From NCBI GenBank assembly GCA_963833985.1, contig CAWIAD010000002.1, forward strand, positions 1,568,001 through 1,632,000: a DNA stretch of 64,000 bases, given 5' to 3'. The stretch is from an uncultured Planctomycetaceae bacterium (GTDB taxonomy: Bacteria; Planctomycetota; Planctomycetia; Isosphaerales; Isosphaeraceae). Numbering within the stretch: the first letter of the stretch is position 1; every line of letters begins with the position of its first letter. This document shows, piece by piece, positions 1 through 11,637 of this stretch. Position numbers and translations under genes: made by a program. The notes under the pieces were generated by a model that was not told the origin of the DNA, ran no database searches, and was given only the letters and a program-made list of their open reading frames with translations.

Positions 1-1
1 G

Positions 2-181
2 CTCGGCCAGGGAAAGGTCGACCTTGCGGGAGTGCTCGGGGTCCTGGAAGCCCACCATTACGCCGGACCGATCACCATCGAGGTTGAGGGGATCGAGGGC
101 CAGCCCTGGGACCAGGCGCAGACCCGGCAAGCGATCGCGGATTCGGTCGCTCACCTGCGCAGACTCGCGCCTTTCCGGTGA
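2..181 (+). CDS. C-terminal end of a sugar-phosphate isomerase/epimerase (xylose isomerase-like TIM barrel), partial at window edge
   Basis: Frame 2 reads LGQGKVDLAGVLGVLEAHHYAGPITIEVEG...SVAHLRRL*, the typical 'G.G.vD...L....Y.G.i.iE' tail; TGA at 179-181. Confidence 0.75.
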   Translation, partial: LGQGKVDLAGVLGVLEAHHYAGPITIEVEGIEGQPWDQAQTRQAIADSVAHLRRLAPFR

Positions 182-212
182 GGACATCCGTAGCTGCCGT
201 CAGGAGCCGAGC

Positions 213-1676
213 ATGTGCAAGAGCAAGTGGGCAGTCAGAACCCTGATCCGCACCGCCATGAGCGCTGGACTGCTCGCCCCGATGCTTCCGGCAGCACCCC
301 CGATGCCGGTTCCAGGGCCGGCGGCCGGGGCCACGCTGCGGGCCGAGGCGCACGAATCCGGATTTTCCCAGGCGCACGATACCTATAATGGCCTCTCGGC
401 CGCGAGTGACGGGCGGATTTACTACGTGCTCAGCACCGAGCGGTTCGATGTCGGGGCGCGGATGTTCGTCTTCGATCCCGCCAGCGGGAAGGTTCGCGAC
501 CTGGGAGGCCTGACAGAGGCCTGCGGCGAGGCCGGAGGAAAGTCCATCGTCCAGGGGAAGAGCCACGTCAACTTCGTCGAGTCCAGGGGCAAGCTCTACT
601 TCGCCACCCATGTCGGCTACTACTCGATCGTCGAGGGTATGGAGACCATGGGAGTGCCTCCCGAAGGTTATCAACCCTATCCGGGCGGGCATCTCCTGGC
701 CTACGACATGAACAGCGGCAAGTTCGATGACCTGGCCATCGCACCGCACCGCGAAGGCATCCTGGCGATGAGCATGGACACAACGCGTGGGCGGATCTTC
801 GGCCTCACCTGGCCGACGGGGCGGTTCTTCCGGTTCGACCTCGCCCGCCGCGATCTCAAGGACTTTGGCCCGGTCCGGGCGCTCGGCGAGCGTGGCCGCG
901 GGGCGGAGTACCGGACGATCTGCCGGTCGATCGCCGTCGATCCGCGGGATGGGTCAGCCTACTTCACCGATTCGGAAGGGACCATTCACCGCTACCGCGC
1001 GGGCAGCGATGCGCTCGAGGTCGTGCCGGGCGACGACCTGAGGAAAGACTACTTCGGCCTCTACGATCCCACCTCGCCCGGCCACATGGGCTACAACTGG
1101 CGGCAGACGGTCTGGGTTCCGACGGCCGGGATGACTTACGGCGTGCACGGCAACTCCGGCTACCTCTTCCGCTTCGATCCCCGTGCTGGGCAGATCGAGG
1201 TGCTCGACCGCATCACCTCGCTCCCCTCGCGGCGCTCCGGCATGTTTGACCAGTTCAGCTACGGGTATCTCGGCTTCGCGCTCGGGCCCGACGGCCGGAC
1301 GATCTATTACCTGACCGGCGGACCCGTATACGTGGCGGGCAGGCGAGTGGCTGGCAAGTCGAAGACGGCCATGGGCGAGTCAAAGGGGGTCGAGAACCTG
1401 CACCTGGTCACCTACGACATTCCGACGGAGCGGTGTGTCGACCACGGCGCGATCTTCTTCGCCAGCGGGCAACGGCCTTCTTACGTGAATTCGATTGCCG
1501 TGGGGCTCGACGGCAGCGTCTACGCCCTGTCGCGCATCACCACGGATGGCAAGACGCGGACCGACCTGATGAGCGTCTCCGCCGCAGAGATCCAGGACAG
1601 GCTGGTCCGTGCTCGTGCACCGAACCAGGACACCACGCAAGTTCCGGACTTCAAGAACCAGGAGAGACAACCATGA
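213..1676 (+). CDS. Secreted hypothetical protein, probable beta-propeller
   Basis: Start moved to ATG 213 after AGGAG; signal-like N-terminus; repeated beta-rich 'DG.IY', 'G.lf.fD' blades; overlaps the next gene (ATGA). Confidence 0.6.
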   Translation: MCKSKWAVRTLIRTAMSAGLLAPMLPAAPPMPVPGPAAGATLRAEAHESGFSQAHDTYNGLSAASDGRIYYVLSTERFDVGARMFVFDPASGKVRDLGGLTEACGEAGGKSIVQGKSHVNFVESRGKLYFATHVGYYSIVEGMETMGVPPEGYQPYPGGHLLAYDMNSGKFDDLAIAPHREGILAMSMDTTRGRIFGLTWPTGRFFRFDLARRDLKDFGPVRALGERGRGAEYRTICRSIAVDPRDGSAYFTDSEGTIHRYRAGSDALEVVPGDDLRKDYFGLYDPTSPGHMGYNWRQTVWVPTAGMTYGVHGNSGYLFRFDPRAGQIEVLDRITSLPSRRSGMFDQFSYGYLGFALGPDGRTIYYLTGGPVYVAGRRVAGKSKTAMGESKGVENLHLVTYDIPTERCVDHGAIFFASGQRPSYVNSIAVGLDGSVYALSRITTDGKTRTDLMSVSAAEIQDRLVRARAPNQDTTQVPDFKNQERQP

Positions 1677-3010
1677 AGCGTTCCGTCGATCGGCGCTCGT
1701 TCCTGGCAACGTCCGCGGCTGCCGGTGCCGCGCTGGCGGTGACCTCGGCGGCCTCGGCCGAAAACGACAGGCCCGCGCTCCTGGGAGGCAAGCCCATCCG
1801 CCGCGAGGCGTTTCCCGGATGGCCGCGGTTTGACCAGCGCGATGAGAAGAACCTGCTCGACGTGTTGCACAGCGGCAAGTGGTTCCGCGGAGGGGGCGAG
1901 CGCGTGAACCGGTTCGAGGCGGCCTTCGCCAGCCTCAACGGAGCGAAACACTGCGTGGCGACCGCCAACGGAACCAGTGCGCTGTACGCTGCGCTGAACG
2001 CCCTGGGCGTGGAGCCGGGCGACGAGGTCATCGTACCGCCCTACACCTTCATCGCCACCATCAACGCGGTGCTCCTGCAATACGCCCTGCCCGTGTTCGT
2101 GGACACTGACCCGGAGACGTTCCAGATCGACGCCCGCAAGATCGAGGCGGCCATCACCGACCGCACGGTGGCGATCCTGCCGGTGCACCTGGGCGGCAAC
2201 GTGGCCGACATGGACGCGATCCTGGCTATTGCCGGGAGGCACAAATTGACCGTGCTGGAAGACGCCTGCCAGGCACACCTGGCGGAGTGGCGGGGCAAGA
2301 AGGTCGGGACCTTGGGGGCGGCGGGTTGCTTCAGCTTCCAGATCACCAAGAACTTGCCCTCCGGCGAAGGGGGCGCAATCATCACGTCCGACGCCGATCT
2401 TGCCGAGCGCTGCTTTGCCTTCCAGAACAACAACCGGGCAAGGGCCGTCACGGGTTACAACTTCTCCTATCTCGGGGCACGCGGGGCGAACCTGCGGATG
2501 ACGGAGTTCCAGGGCAACCTGCTGCTCGCCCAGATGACGCGGCTCGAGGAGCAATCGCGCACCCGCGAGCAGAACGCGGGTTACCTCGCCGGCATGCTCA
2601 AGGAGATTCCCGGGATCACCCCGGCGAAGATGTACGAGGGTTGCACGCGAAACGCCTTCCATCTTTTCATGTTCCGCTACAAGAGCGAGGCGTTCGGCGG
2701 CCTGCCGCGGGCCAAGTTCCTGCATGCGCTGGACGCCGAAGGCATTCCCTGCTCGCCCGGTTACGCACCGCTGAACAAAGAACCGTTCTTGCAGGTGGCG
2801 TTCGACTCGCGGGGCTTTCGCCGGATCTACCCCAGGGAGATCCTCGAGCGCTACGAGGCACGAAACCACTGCCCGGCCAACGACCAGTTGTGCGAGGAAG
2901 CGGTCTGGTTCACACAGACCATGTTCCTGGGCACGCGCAGCGACATGGACCAGATTGCGGCCGCCGTGCGCAAGATCCGGGCCCATGCGGAAGCGCTGGC
3001 ACGAGTTTGA
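1673..3010 (+). CDS. DegT/DnrJ/EryC1/StrS PLP-dependent aminotransferase with Tat signal
   Basis: [36 protein letters not shown] (PLP Lys) motifs; N-terminal DRRSFL. Confidence 0.92.
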   Translation: MKRSVDRRSFLATSAAAGAALAVTSAASAENDRPALLGGKPIRREAFPGWPRFDQRDEKNLLDVLHSGKWFRGGGERVNRFEAAFASLNGAKHCVATANGTSALYAALNALGVEPGDEVIVPPYTFIATINAVLLQYALPVFVDTDPETFQIDARKIEAAITDRTVAILPVHLGGNVADMDAILAIAGRHKLTVLEDACQAHLAEWRGKKVGTLGAAGCFSFQITKNLPSGEGGAIITSDADLAERCFAFQNNNRARAVTGYNFSYLGARGANLRMTEFQGNLLLAQMTRLEEQSRTREQNAGYLAGMLKEIPGITPAKMYEGCTRNAFHLFMFRYKSEAFGGLPRAKFLHALDAEGIPCSPGYAPLNKEPFLQVAFDSRGFRRIYPREILERYEARNHCPANDQLCEEAVWFTQTMFLGTRSDMDQIAAAVRKIRAHAEALARV

Positions 3011-3039
3011 GAATCTCTTTCGCCGTCGCTGAGCGAGTG

Positions 3040-3245
3040 GAGGGACGCACCCTGCTCCCTCAATTGCCCGGATCAGGTCGCGCCGTTTTCGAACCTGCAA
3101 TACCAAGGGCAACCGCCCGCCATCTGCGGGAGCCGGTGGCTTCTCATTGATGACCAGGAAATGGTATCCGTGATGGACGTTTACCGGGTGCTCATCCAGC
3201 GAGTCACCCTGGCTGAAGATGCCGGGAACATCGACGAGGTATCTG
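3040..3245 (-). pseudogene. Decayed hicB-hicA toxin-antitoxin remnants
   Basis: Minus strand reads YLVDVPGIFSQGDSLDE (HicB 'PG..SQG.tldE' motif) and, further downstream, KRRDLIRAIEGAGCV (HicA N-terminus); no intact starts. Confidence 0.55.
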
Positions 3246-3259
3246 GCTTACCGTCGCCT

Positions 3260-3487
3260 CTATGCGGCATCGACGGCTTCATACACTTTGCCGACTTGCT
3301 TCAACCAGGCGACCTCCCCTTGTTGTGCATGTTCCTCAACCTCTCTGAGCCAGTTTATTGTTTCCGACTCATAACATGGCTCAGTGGGGTCGTCTGGGGG
3401 AATCACCATCTCAACCTCTACGGCCACAACGTAGCGCTCGGAGTGGACCCATCGAGTTGTCTTGATACGCTCTCCTGGAATCCGCAT
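3260..3487 (-). CDS. Small hypothetical protein (75 aa), possible antitoxin-like
   Basis: MRIPGERIKTTRWVHSERYVVAVEVEMVIP...GKVYEAVDAA; GAGG RBS upstream; lies between TA remnants. Confidence 0.6.
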   Translation of the reverse strand: MRIPGERIKTTRWVHSERYVVAVEVEMVIPPDDPTEPCYESETINWLREVEEHAQQGEVAWLKQVGKVYEAVDAA

Positions 3488-3492
3488 AGCGG

Positions 3493-3592
3493 TTAACCTC
3501 GATCGAAGAAATGGACGGTCACCAGTTTTGCAACCTCGCTCCTCGGCAGGTAGGACCAGACTGCCTTGAATTCGGTTCCGTCGGGCAGAGAA
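3493..3592 (-). pseudogene. 3' fragment of a small toxin-like gene truncated at the MITE
   Basis: GSLPDGTEFKAVWSYLPRSEVAKLVTVHFFDRG* ends 5 nt before the 75-aa gene; its 5' part is replaced by the repeat element. Confidence 0.4.
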
Positions 3593-3739
3593 CCAGCGCG
3601 GTTTTCTGACGGTTGCGGCAGTTTGTGAATTCTTGAAAGGGGGGGCAGACATTCCTGTCTGCCAGGGCAGGCCTGCTCCGGCAGGCAGGAATGCCTGCCC
3701 TCCGGTGTCAGTCTGCGATCCGAGTGAAAACCGCACCTG
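3593..3739 (+). mobile_element. MITE/REPIN-like element, copy 1
   Basis: TIR GCGGTTTTC...GAAAACCGC; internal palindromes GGCAGACATTCCTGTCTGCC and GGCAGGCAGGAATGCCTGCC; homologous to 51847-51984 and 61837-61987. Confidence 0.85.
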
Positions 3740-3787
3740 TGACCCATTCATGGCCTCTCACCGCATCACGAGCGTCCTGCCCAGATT

Positions 3788-3828
3788 GCGTAGGTGAGCG
3801 GGTGCCATCGGCCCGCACGACCTACGCA
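3788..3828. repeat. GTAG-type REP-like hairpin
   Basis: GCGTAGGT..GCGGG..CCCGC..ACCTACGC inverted repeat just downstream of the hyi-like gene. Confidence 0.5.
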
Positions 3829-3865
3829 CTTATTACTGGTTTGCTCACTGGCGATGCGGCACATC

Positions 3866-4768
<903 letters not shown>

Positions 4769-4849
4769 CTGCGAGTTCTCCTGATACAAGTGCGGCAGGG
4801 GCAAACCTGGACACATTGTCGCAACCCGGGCGGGCTGTCGCCAGAACCC

Positions 4850-5160
4850 AGCGAGTCGTCCGATCTCACGGGCTGGCCGCGACGGCAGTGTGGCGTTGCC
4901 GCGCAGGTCGCGCGGGAACCCGGGCGGGCAGGGAGGAGCGACGTAAAGATCGCGGCCCCCGGGCACCCAGAACCGGCCGAACGGATAGTGGCGGCAGGCG
5001 TAGGTGAAGTAGGACCACGCGCCCATCTTGATGAGCCGCGGGTCCTGGGTCGTGGCTCCGTTGAACCCACGACGCTCGGGCCCAGCACCGGTTCCCGCGA
5101 GACGCGCTCGAAGTGTTCGCCGTCGCGGCTGGCCGCCAGGCCGAGGGAACGCTCAGACCG
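4850..5160 (-). pseudogene. Fragment of a GH130-like glycosidase/phosphorylase
   Basis: SLGLAASRDGEHFERVSREPVLGP, then in another frame DPRLIKMGAWSYFTYACRHYPFG; ~100 codons, broken frames. Confidence 0.55.
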
Positions 5161-6500
5161 ATTCCACCTCAGGATGAGCATACGGCTGCCGGTAGGCCCG
5201 GCGCAGCAGCCGGTTTGCCTCTTCATCGTCGCGCACGCGTCCCTTGTCGGCGTCCCAGGCGATGGTGCGGCCGAGCTGGAGCGACAGGTTGGCGAGGATG
5301 CAGCTCGCGGTCGAGATGTGCCCCTCCTCGATGTCGGCCACCGGCTTGCCCCGCGACTGGATGGCCCTCAGCAGATCGATCAGGTGGTAGCGAATGGCCG
5401 GCGCGACGTGCCGCTCCAGGTCCTTCTCGGTGCGGTCCTCCGGGTACCGGTCCAGCTCGTAGGTGACATCCTTGTGGATGGGCGTTCCGCCTCCGTAAGG
5501 GATGAAGTCGTAGCTGTAGACGCTCAGCTTGAGCGTTCCCTTGTCGCCGTAGAGGGTCGCGCCCCAGGGATAGTTCGGGTCGACCTCCTGGCCCCAGGTG
5601 CGGTGCTGCCAGACGACGTTCAGATCGTCGAAGTCAAAGGTGGCGATCTGGGTGTCCGGAACGTTGGCCTTGCTGTTCTTGTCGACCAGGATGCCACCAG
5701 CCGAGGAGATCCGCCGGGGCCAGCCCAGACCCAGCATCCAGCGCACCATGTCGAGCATGTGGATGCACATGTCTCCCAGGATGCCGTTGCCATACTCCTT
5801 GAACGACCGCCAGCCGCGCGGGTGGATCATCGGGTTGAAGGGCCGCATCGGGGCCGGCCCGCACCACGCGTTCCAGTCCAGCGAATCGGGCGGTGCGGCG
5901 TCGGCTGGCTGACCTTGTCCGCGCATGTGATAATAGCAATACACTTCGGCATGGCCAATCTTGCCGAGCTTCCCTTCCTTGATGATCCGGTCGCGCGCTT
6001 CGATGAGGTGTGGCGTGCTGCGGCGCTGGGTGCCCACCTGGACAACGCGGCCGTGCTTGCGCCGCGGCGACCATGGCCTGACCCTCCACGACGTCCACGC
6101 TGATCGGCTTCTGGCAGTAGACATCGGCGCCGGCCTCGACGGCGGCGATCATCGTCAGGGCGTGCCAGTGATCGGGCGTGGCCACCAGCACGAGGTCGAG
6201 GTCTTTCTCGGCGAGCATCGCGCGGTAGTCGGTGTAGGTCCGGGGCGTCTTCTTCGACGCCTGACGCGCCGCGGCCATCTCGGCGGCTCTTGCAAGCATG
6301 TTGCGGTCGACGTCGCAGAGCGAAACGATCTCGATGGGTGCCACCTGGATGAGCCGCCAGAGATCACACTTGCCGTACCATCCCGAGCCGATGAGGCCCA
6401 CGCGCTTCGGCCTGTCATCCCAGAGCGCCCGGGCATGCTCTCCGAACGACGATAACGCAAGCCCGGCGGCACCGGTTTGCAGGAACGCGCGACGATTCAT
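5153..6500 (-). CDS. Gfo/Idh/MocA oxidoreductase, Tat-exported (frameshift near 6060)
   Basis: MNRRAFL, GLIGSGWYG, ATPDHWH, YCQKP then VQVGTQRRS, GDMCIHMLD; two overlapping ORFs join. Confidence 0.9.
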
Positions 6501-6650
6501 GGCAAGTCTCCCTGGCCGAGGCGATCTGGCACGGACCCAGCTCTTACACTTTAGTGAGGCTCCGGCCCCTCCGCGAGGGGGCAGTCCTCAAACCGGGCCG
6601 ATCGGGGGCGGTGTGCGTTGCGGTCGCCCTCGTGATCCGGCCCGACACAG

Positions 6651-6679
6651 AAAAACGGCCAGGACAGTTGTCCTGGCCG
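6651..6679 (-). terminator. Probable intrinsic terminator
   Basis: 11-bp stem CGGCCAGGACA/TGTCCTGGCCG followed by TTTTT on the minus strand, downstream of the HEAT gene. Confidence 0.6.
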
Positions 6680-6709
6680 CGGGATGAACCGGCGTGAGAC
6701 GAGGCGCCG

Positions 6710-7393
6710 TCACCGTGCTCTGGGGCGGAGCGATTCCTCGGCGCGGCGAGCGCCCGTCTTGACGTAGTCCGGCACGTCGGCCTTATCGAGATGCTCGTAG
6801 ATCGCCTGGGCCTCCTTGCGCTGGCCCTGGCTGCGGAGGACGTCCGCACAGCGGAAGAGGCCTTCGCTGACGGCGATGCGGTTGGCCTGGGGCGTGCTGG
6901 CGAGGGTCTTCTCCAGCGCGGTCGCGGCTTCGAGGTTGCCAATCTTGCCGAGCGCCCGCGCGGCCGCCTGCACAACCTCGGGATCGGACTCGCCAAGGCA
7001 CTTGACGAGTGCCGGGACGGCTGTCGGGTCGCGGCGCACGCCAATGCTGCCGATCACCCCAACGAGGAGACGGCCCTTGACCTTGCCGAGCGTGTCGCGA
7101 AGGGCGCTATCCACGGCCGGGTCCGGAATCGGTTCCAGGCCGTAGCGCGCCATGTGAGAGAGTTCTTCGTTGCAGAGCAGCGCGGCCAGGGGTGCTACCG
7201 ATTCACGAGTACCAATGCGTGCCAGCTCGCGGCAGGCGTCGGCCTTGGCCTTGCGGGGCGCATCCGACTTGAGGACGGCGATCAGCCTGGCTTCTTCGTC
7301 CTTGGCCGAGCCCTGGGCTTTCTGGGCGAAGGATTGCGGGGACGCGGCGACCAGCAGGGAAACCGCTGCGAGGGAGACGAGCGTTCTGTACAT
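6710..7393 (-). CDS. Secreted HEAT-repeat protein
   Basis: Signal peptide; KADACRELARIG, ARYGLEPIP, AVPALVKCL..D.EV..AAARALGKIG repeats. Confidence 0.85.
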   Translation of the reverse strand: MYRTLVSLAAVSLLVAASPQSFAQKAQGSAKDEEARLIAVLKSDAPRKAKADACRELARIGTRESVAPLAALLCNEELSHMARYGLEPIPDPAVDSALRDTLGKVKGRLLVGVIGSIGVRRDPTAVPALVKCLGESDPEVVQAAARALGKIGNLEAATALEKTLASTPQANRIAVSEGLFRCADVLRSQGQRKEAQAIYEHLDKADVPDYVKTGARRAEESLRPRAR

Positions 7394-7419
7394 GAGAGGA
7401 AGTCCTTCCTGAGGGATGT

Positions 7420-8754
7420 TCACATGATCCATGGTTCACGCTGGGCCCGGCTCCGCAGCCGGTTGGCTTCCGCATCGTTGACGAATTCTTCCTTCACGGG
7501 GTCGTAGTGCATGTCGCGCTTCAGCCACATGCAGATATTGGCGGCGTGCACCGTGCTCATCGAGCGGTGCATGACCTCGGGGTTGGCCACGGTCTGCTGC
7601 CGCGACTTGACGCAGTCGAAGAAGTTGCGGACGTGGTTCATGGGCCGCCGGGTGCGTTCCATGTACTCGGCCACGAGTTTGTCGGCCTCGGCGAGCAGTG
7701 ATGGCGAGGAGACTTCGGGCTTGTCGTAGCCGTCGGCGATGGTCACCCAGCCCTCGGTGCCCTCGAACCTCATTCCACACGATCCGTGCCAGCCCTCGCG
7801 CTGGAGGATCATCTGCACGCCGTTTGCGAACCTGGTCACCATGCCGTCACCGCTGTCGTTCTTGACGTAGCGGTATTCGATGGCGGAGGTGTTGAGTGCG
7901 TCGATGCCCGCCTGTGACTGGGCAAAGGTGTGGGCGCCCCATTCACCGATGCAACTGGTGTGAAAGTCGTAATGGCCGCGCCAGCTGCCGCGCACGTACG
8001 CGGGGTTGTAGGGCCGCCAGGGGCAGGGGCCAAGCCAGGTGTCCCAGTCGACTTCCTCCCTGGGCGGCTGAGTCTCGGCGGGGAGCCATGCGTGGTTCAT
8101 CTCGGCGGCATCCCAGGGGGCGATGTGCGCGCGGGCCGTGTGCACCTTGCCCAGCCGACCGGAACGGGCCAGCTCGATGGCAGCCACGAAGTTGCCCTCG
8201 CTGAGCCGCTGAGTGCCCGTCTGGTAGATGCGGCCGTAGTGGCGGGCGGTCTGAACCACGGCGCGGCCCTCGGCGATGGTCATGCACGAGGGCTTCTCGG
8301 AGTAGACGTCCTTGCCGGCCCGCATGGCCATGATGGTGGCCAGCGCATGCCAGCGATCGCCGGTGGCGATGAGCAGGGCGTCGATGTCGCCGCGGGACGC
8401 CAGAAACTCCCGCATGTCGGCGTACATCTTGCAGTCGCTATTGCCGTACTTCTTGTCGACCAGGCTCTTCACGTGTGCGCGACGCTCCTTGCGCACATCG
8501 CAGATCGCCACGAACTGCACGTCCTTCTCGGGCAACATCCAGTTCAGGTCATGCTCTCCCCGACTGCCGATGCCGATCGCCCCGAGGACAATCCGCTCGC
8601 TGGGCGCGACCGCACCGTCCCGGCCGAGCGCCGAGGCCGGCACGATCGTCGGTGCCAGCACGGCCCCGCCCGCTGCCGCGGTGGCCTTGAGACATGCGCG
8701 GCGCGTCAGTCGGGACCGGTCCTCTGTCCCTGTTCCGGATTTCGTTCCATTCAT
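7420..8754 (-). CDS. Gfo/Idh/MocA oxidoreductase, Tat-exported
   Basis: TRRACL, APSERIVLGAIGIG, IATGDRWH, YSEKP, YQTGTQR, EWGAHT. Confidence 0.92.
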   Translation of the reverse strand: MNGTKSGTGTEDRSRLTRRACLKATAAAGGAVLAPTIVPASALGRDGAVAPSERIVLGAIGIGSRGEHDLNWMLPEKDVQFVAICDVRKERRAHVKSLVDKKYGNSDCKMYADMREFLASRGDIDALLIATGDRWHALATIMAMRAGKDVYSEKPSCMTIAEGRAVVQTARHYGRIYQTGTQRLSEGNFVAAIELARSGRLGKVHTARAHIAPWDAAEMNHAWLPAETQPPREEVDWDTWLGPCPWRPYNPAYVRGSWRGHYDFHTSCIGEWGAHTFAQSQAGIDALNTSAIEYRYVKNDSGDGMVTRFANGVQMILQREGWHGSCGMRFEGTEGWVTIADGYDKPEVSSPSLLAEADKLVAEYMERTRRPMNHVRNFFDCVKSRQQTVANPEVMHRSMSTVHAANICMWLKRDMHYDPVKEEFVNDAEANRLRSRAQREPWIM

Positions 8755-9256
8755 TGCATCGCCTCCCTAGAGGTTCCTGGAGTTGGCCACGATGGCTTGC
8801 TTGCAAGGTCTCTTCGAGGCATGGACCCGCAATCCAGATACAGCATTCCCAAACCGGGCATCCCACTTGCAGGGGACGCATTGGGTTCACTTGAACGAGG
8901 AGCCACTGTTCCGAGTGGAACCCTGCCATCAATGGAACGCGATTACGCGGGGTGGGGACGTCCGGCCCGGCGGGTGAGCCTCTTGAAGTACGCGCGCATT
9001 GTCTCTCTTGGACTTCCCGGATACAAGCACCGACCCGGACCCCGGAAGTGAATTGCAACGCGTACCCCATGCGTGGCCGCGACGCATGGGAAGATGGCTG
9101 GGACCTTGGATTCTTGCAGCCCCGAATCCCTGGGGCCAGCGGAATTCTACGCTTATCCGCCGGCAGGATTTCTGTAAGATGAATTCAGGTGCGTGGAACA
9201 CATACGAAGTCACGCGTCAACAGGCCACCAGAGACTTTCACGTGAGGTGCAAGGGA

Positions 9257-9752
9257 GTGGTCGACGAGTCGATTTGCCGCCGCTTGCGTTTCCGGACAGG
9301 AACTCCGATCACCCTGGCTGACCACCAGGTCTGGACTTTCCCCGCGCCCACCGCCGATCTGGAGTCTGCCTCGGTGGCGGCCGAGGGCGAGTATCTCGGG
9401 CTCATCCACGCGATTCTCGACTCCGAGGACCAGAGTGAGCGGCGGCTCGCGGAGCTCGCCCTGGCGATTTTCCTGGTCAGTCTGAACTATCAGCTCAGCT
9501 CGGGCCAGCTCGCCGAGCTGTTCAGTTTCGGGCTACGATCACCCGAGCTGGTTGAATCGCAACGCGCGTTTCGAACGGCTCGCGCACGATCACATCCAGG
9601 CGCTCGCGAGGCGCGACGTGCTCGGTGCAACGGCACCGGCTCACGGCCCGGCCTCGCTGCCTCCCCATCGCCGCGTCATGGCCTGGATTCGCAACCGCGG
9701 CATCCTCCGCAGGTGGCTGACGAGTTGGCGCGGTGGGGAAGCCGTCCCTTGA
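9257..9752 (+). CDS. Hypothetical protein (frameshift near 9575)
   Basis: GTG after AAGGGA; VDESICRRLRFRTGTPITLADHQVWTFP...; continues in the 9552-9752 frame. Confidence 0.55.
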
Positions 9753-9887
9753 ATCGAAGGGCCGGCGCCGGTACCGGCCAGAGCAATCGATCAGGAATAT
9801 GCGGGAGGTTCCGTTACCGGGGCGAAGACCGGTGATCGCTCACCGGTCCCGCATCGGTCCGCGTCGAGTGACTCAGTGGCCGGTCGG

Positions 9888-10382
9888 TCACCGCGCCGCG
9901 GATTGAACGTTGACGTGTTTCTCGGCGATCTGGTTGAGCAGCTGGTCAGCCTGCTTCTCTTCCTCGAGCGTCTCACCCAGCAGGCGCTTGACCTCGCCAA
10001 GCGAGAGGTGCTCGGCCCAGGTGGACAGGCAGCCGTAGCCGGCGATCTCGTAGTGTTCCACTTTCTGGGCGGCCGCGATGAGACCGGCGTCGCGCACCTC
10101 GGGCTCGGCCTTGGCGTCCATCAACTCCTTGCCTTCCTCGACCAGTCCCTCCATGGCCTTGCAGCTCTTGGCCCTGGGCGAGTGGCTGAGATGCTTGAAG
10201 ACTTCCTCGAGCCTGGTGACGTGGCCCTTGGTCTGCTGGAGGTGGTCTTCGAAGGCTTGCTTTAGCTGCGGCGCGTGCGCCGCTTCGGCCATCTTCGGCA
10301 GCGCCTTGACCAGTTGCTTCTCCGCGTCGTAGAGGTCGCGCACCTGGTCGAGCAACAGGTCTTGCAGGGTCTGCATCTTCAT
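9888..10382 (-). CDS. Ferritin-like DUF892 (YciE/YciF) stress protein
   Basis: DLYDAEKQLVKALPKMA, CKAMEGLVEEG, DAGLIAAAQKVEHYEIAGYG, TLEEEK. Confidence 0.93.
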   Translation of the reverse strand: MKMQTLQDLLLDQVRDLYDAEKQLVKALPKMAEAAHAPQLKQAFEDHLQQTKGHVTRLEEVFKHLSHSPRAKSCKAMEGLVEEGKELMDAKAEPEVRDAGLIAAAQKVEHYEIAGYGCLSTWAEHLSLGEVKRLLGETLEEEKQADQLLNQIAEKHVNVQSAAR

Positions 10383-10545
10383 CAGCCTGGTTCCTTTCGA
10401 TGAGTGGTTGGTGGAGATCTCGCGGCAGCAAGGGGGGCGGCCCCAGGGCCTGCCGGTATTCCGCGTAGCTTCCGCAAAACAGATACCGCCCGGTGATGCC
10501 CGGCCGAACAACGTCTCAAGCATCATCCCCGCCCGCAGGCGAGGT

Positions 10546-11586
10546 TCAGTTTCGCGCTGGCCAGCCGGCCTGTCGTCGAGTGGCGAACCCCAGGGCCAGG
10601 CCGGCCACCGCCGCGCCGGCGACGGCAAACCACCGCCGGTTGAGATCGAGCCAGAGCTGCCAGCTCCCGTTCCGGGAACGGCTGTCGAACGTGCCATGGG
10701 CGCCGTGGTCGCGCTCGACGGGATGCCAGAGGTTGTCGGGCCGATCCGGATCCTCGGGCTCGTCGGTCATCTGGGCGTCATAACCGTGGCGCGCCAGGTA
10801 GTGGTCCAGCCATCCTGGGGCAACCTTGTTGCCCACAATGGCCTCGACGGTGGGCCAGCCCACGGCGATCTCGCGGCGGTCATGGAAGGCCGCCCAGACG
10901 ATGGCCCGGGCCGCGACTTCCGGCTGGAAGATCGGGGGGACCGGCTGCCCCTTGCGCGGCAGGCGGCTCTTGACCCAGCTAAACTGGGGTGTATTCATGG
11001 CCGGCATCTGCACCATCGTGAGCCGGACCCTGCTGCCATCGTGGATCAATTCACAGCGGAGCGAGTCGCAGAAGCCCTGGATCGCGTGCTTGGCAGCGCA
11101 GTAAGCCGACTGAAGCGGGATGCCCCGGTAAGCCAGCGCGGAGCCGACCTGGATGATGACGCCGCGGTCGCGAGGCAGCATCCGGCGCAAGGCGGAAAGC
11201 GTGCCGTGCACATATCCAAGGTAAGTGACCTCCGTCACGCGGCGGTACTCGTCGGCACGCATCTGGGCGACCGGAGAGAAGACCGAGAGCATGGCGTTGT
11301 TGACCCAGACGTCGATCGGGCCGAGCTGTCGTTCCACCTCCCCGGCCGCGGCCTCGACCGCGTCGGCGTCACTCACGTCCAGAGGCAGGACCAGCCCGCG
11401 GCCGCCCATTGCTTCGACTTCGCGGCGTGCCGCCTCCAGCCCTTCGCGACCACGTGCGAGCAGGCCGATCGAAGCGCCGAGTTCGGCGAAGGCACGCACC
11501 GTCGCCCGCCCCACCCCGGCGGACGCCCCCGTGACCACCACGACACGGGGTGTGACCTGTTCCTTGAGCGCTATCCTCTCCATCAT
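10546..11586 (-). CDS. SDR family oxidoreductase with C-terminal membrane anchor
   Basis: VTGASAGVG, WVNNA, YCAAK catalytic motif. Confidence 0.92.
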   Translation of the reverse strand: MMERIALKEQVTPRVVVVTGASAGVGRATVRAFAELGASIGLLARGREGLEAARREVEAMGGRGLVLPLDVSDADAVEAAAGEVERQLGPIDVWVNNAMLSVFSPVAQMRADEYRRVTEVTYLGYVHGTLSALRRMLPRDRGVIIQVGSALAYRGIPLQSAYCAAKHAIQGFCDSLRCELIHDGSRVRLTMVQMPAMNTPQFSWVKSRLPRKGQPVPPIFQPEVAARAIVWAAFHDRREIAVGWPTVEAIVGNKVAPGWLDHYLARHGYDAQMTDEPEDPDRPDNLWHPVERDHGAHGTFDSRSRNGSWQLWLDLNRRWFAVAGAAVAGLALGFATRRQAGWPARN

Positions 11587-11637
11587 GCCTCCCGCCCGGG
11601 GGTGTCCTGTTGCTCCGCGGTCTTCCTTCCCGAGGAC

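Noticed and set aside
3260..3751. ORF extensions containing GRQECLP/GQAFLP peptides (also 51766-52092 and 61837-62079)
   Set aside because: Translations of the MITE palindromes, not real coding sequence
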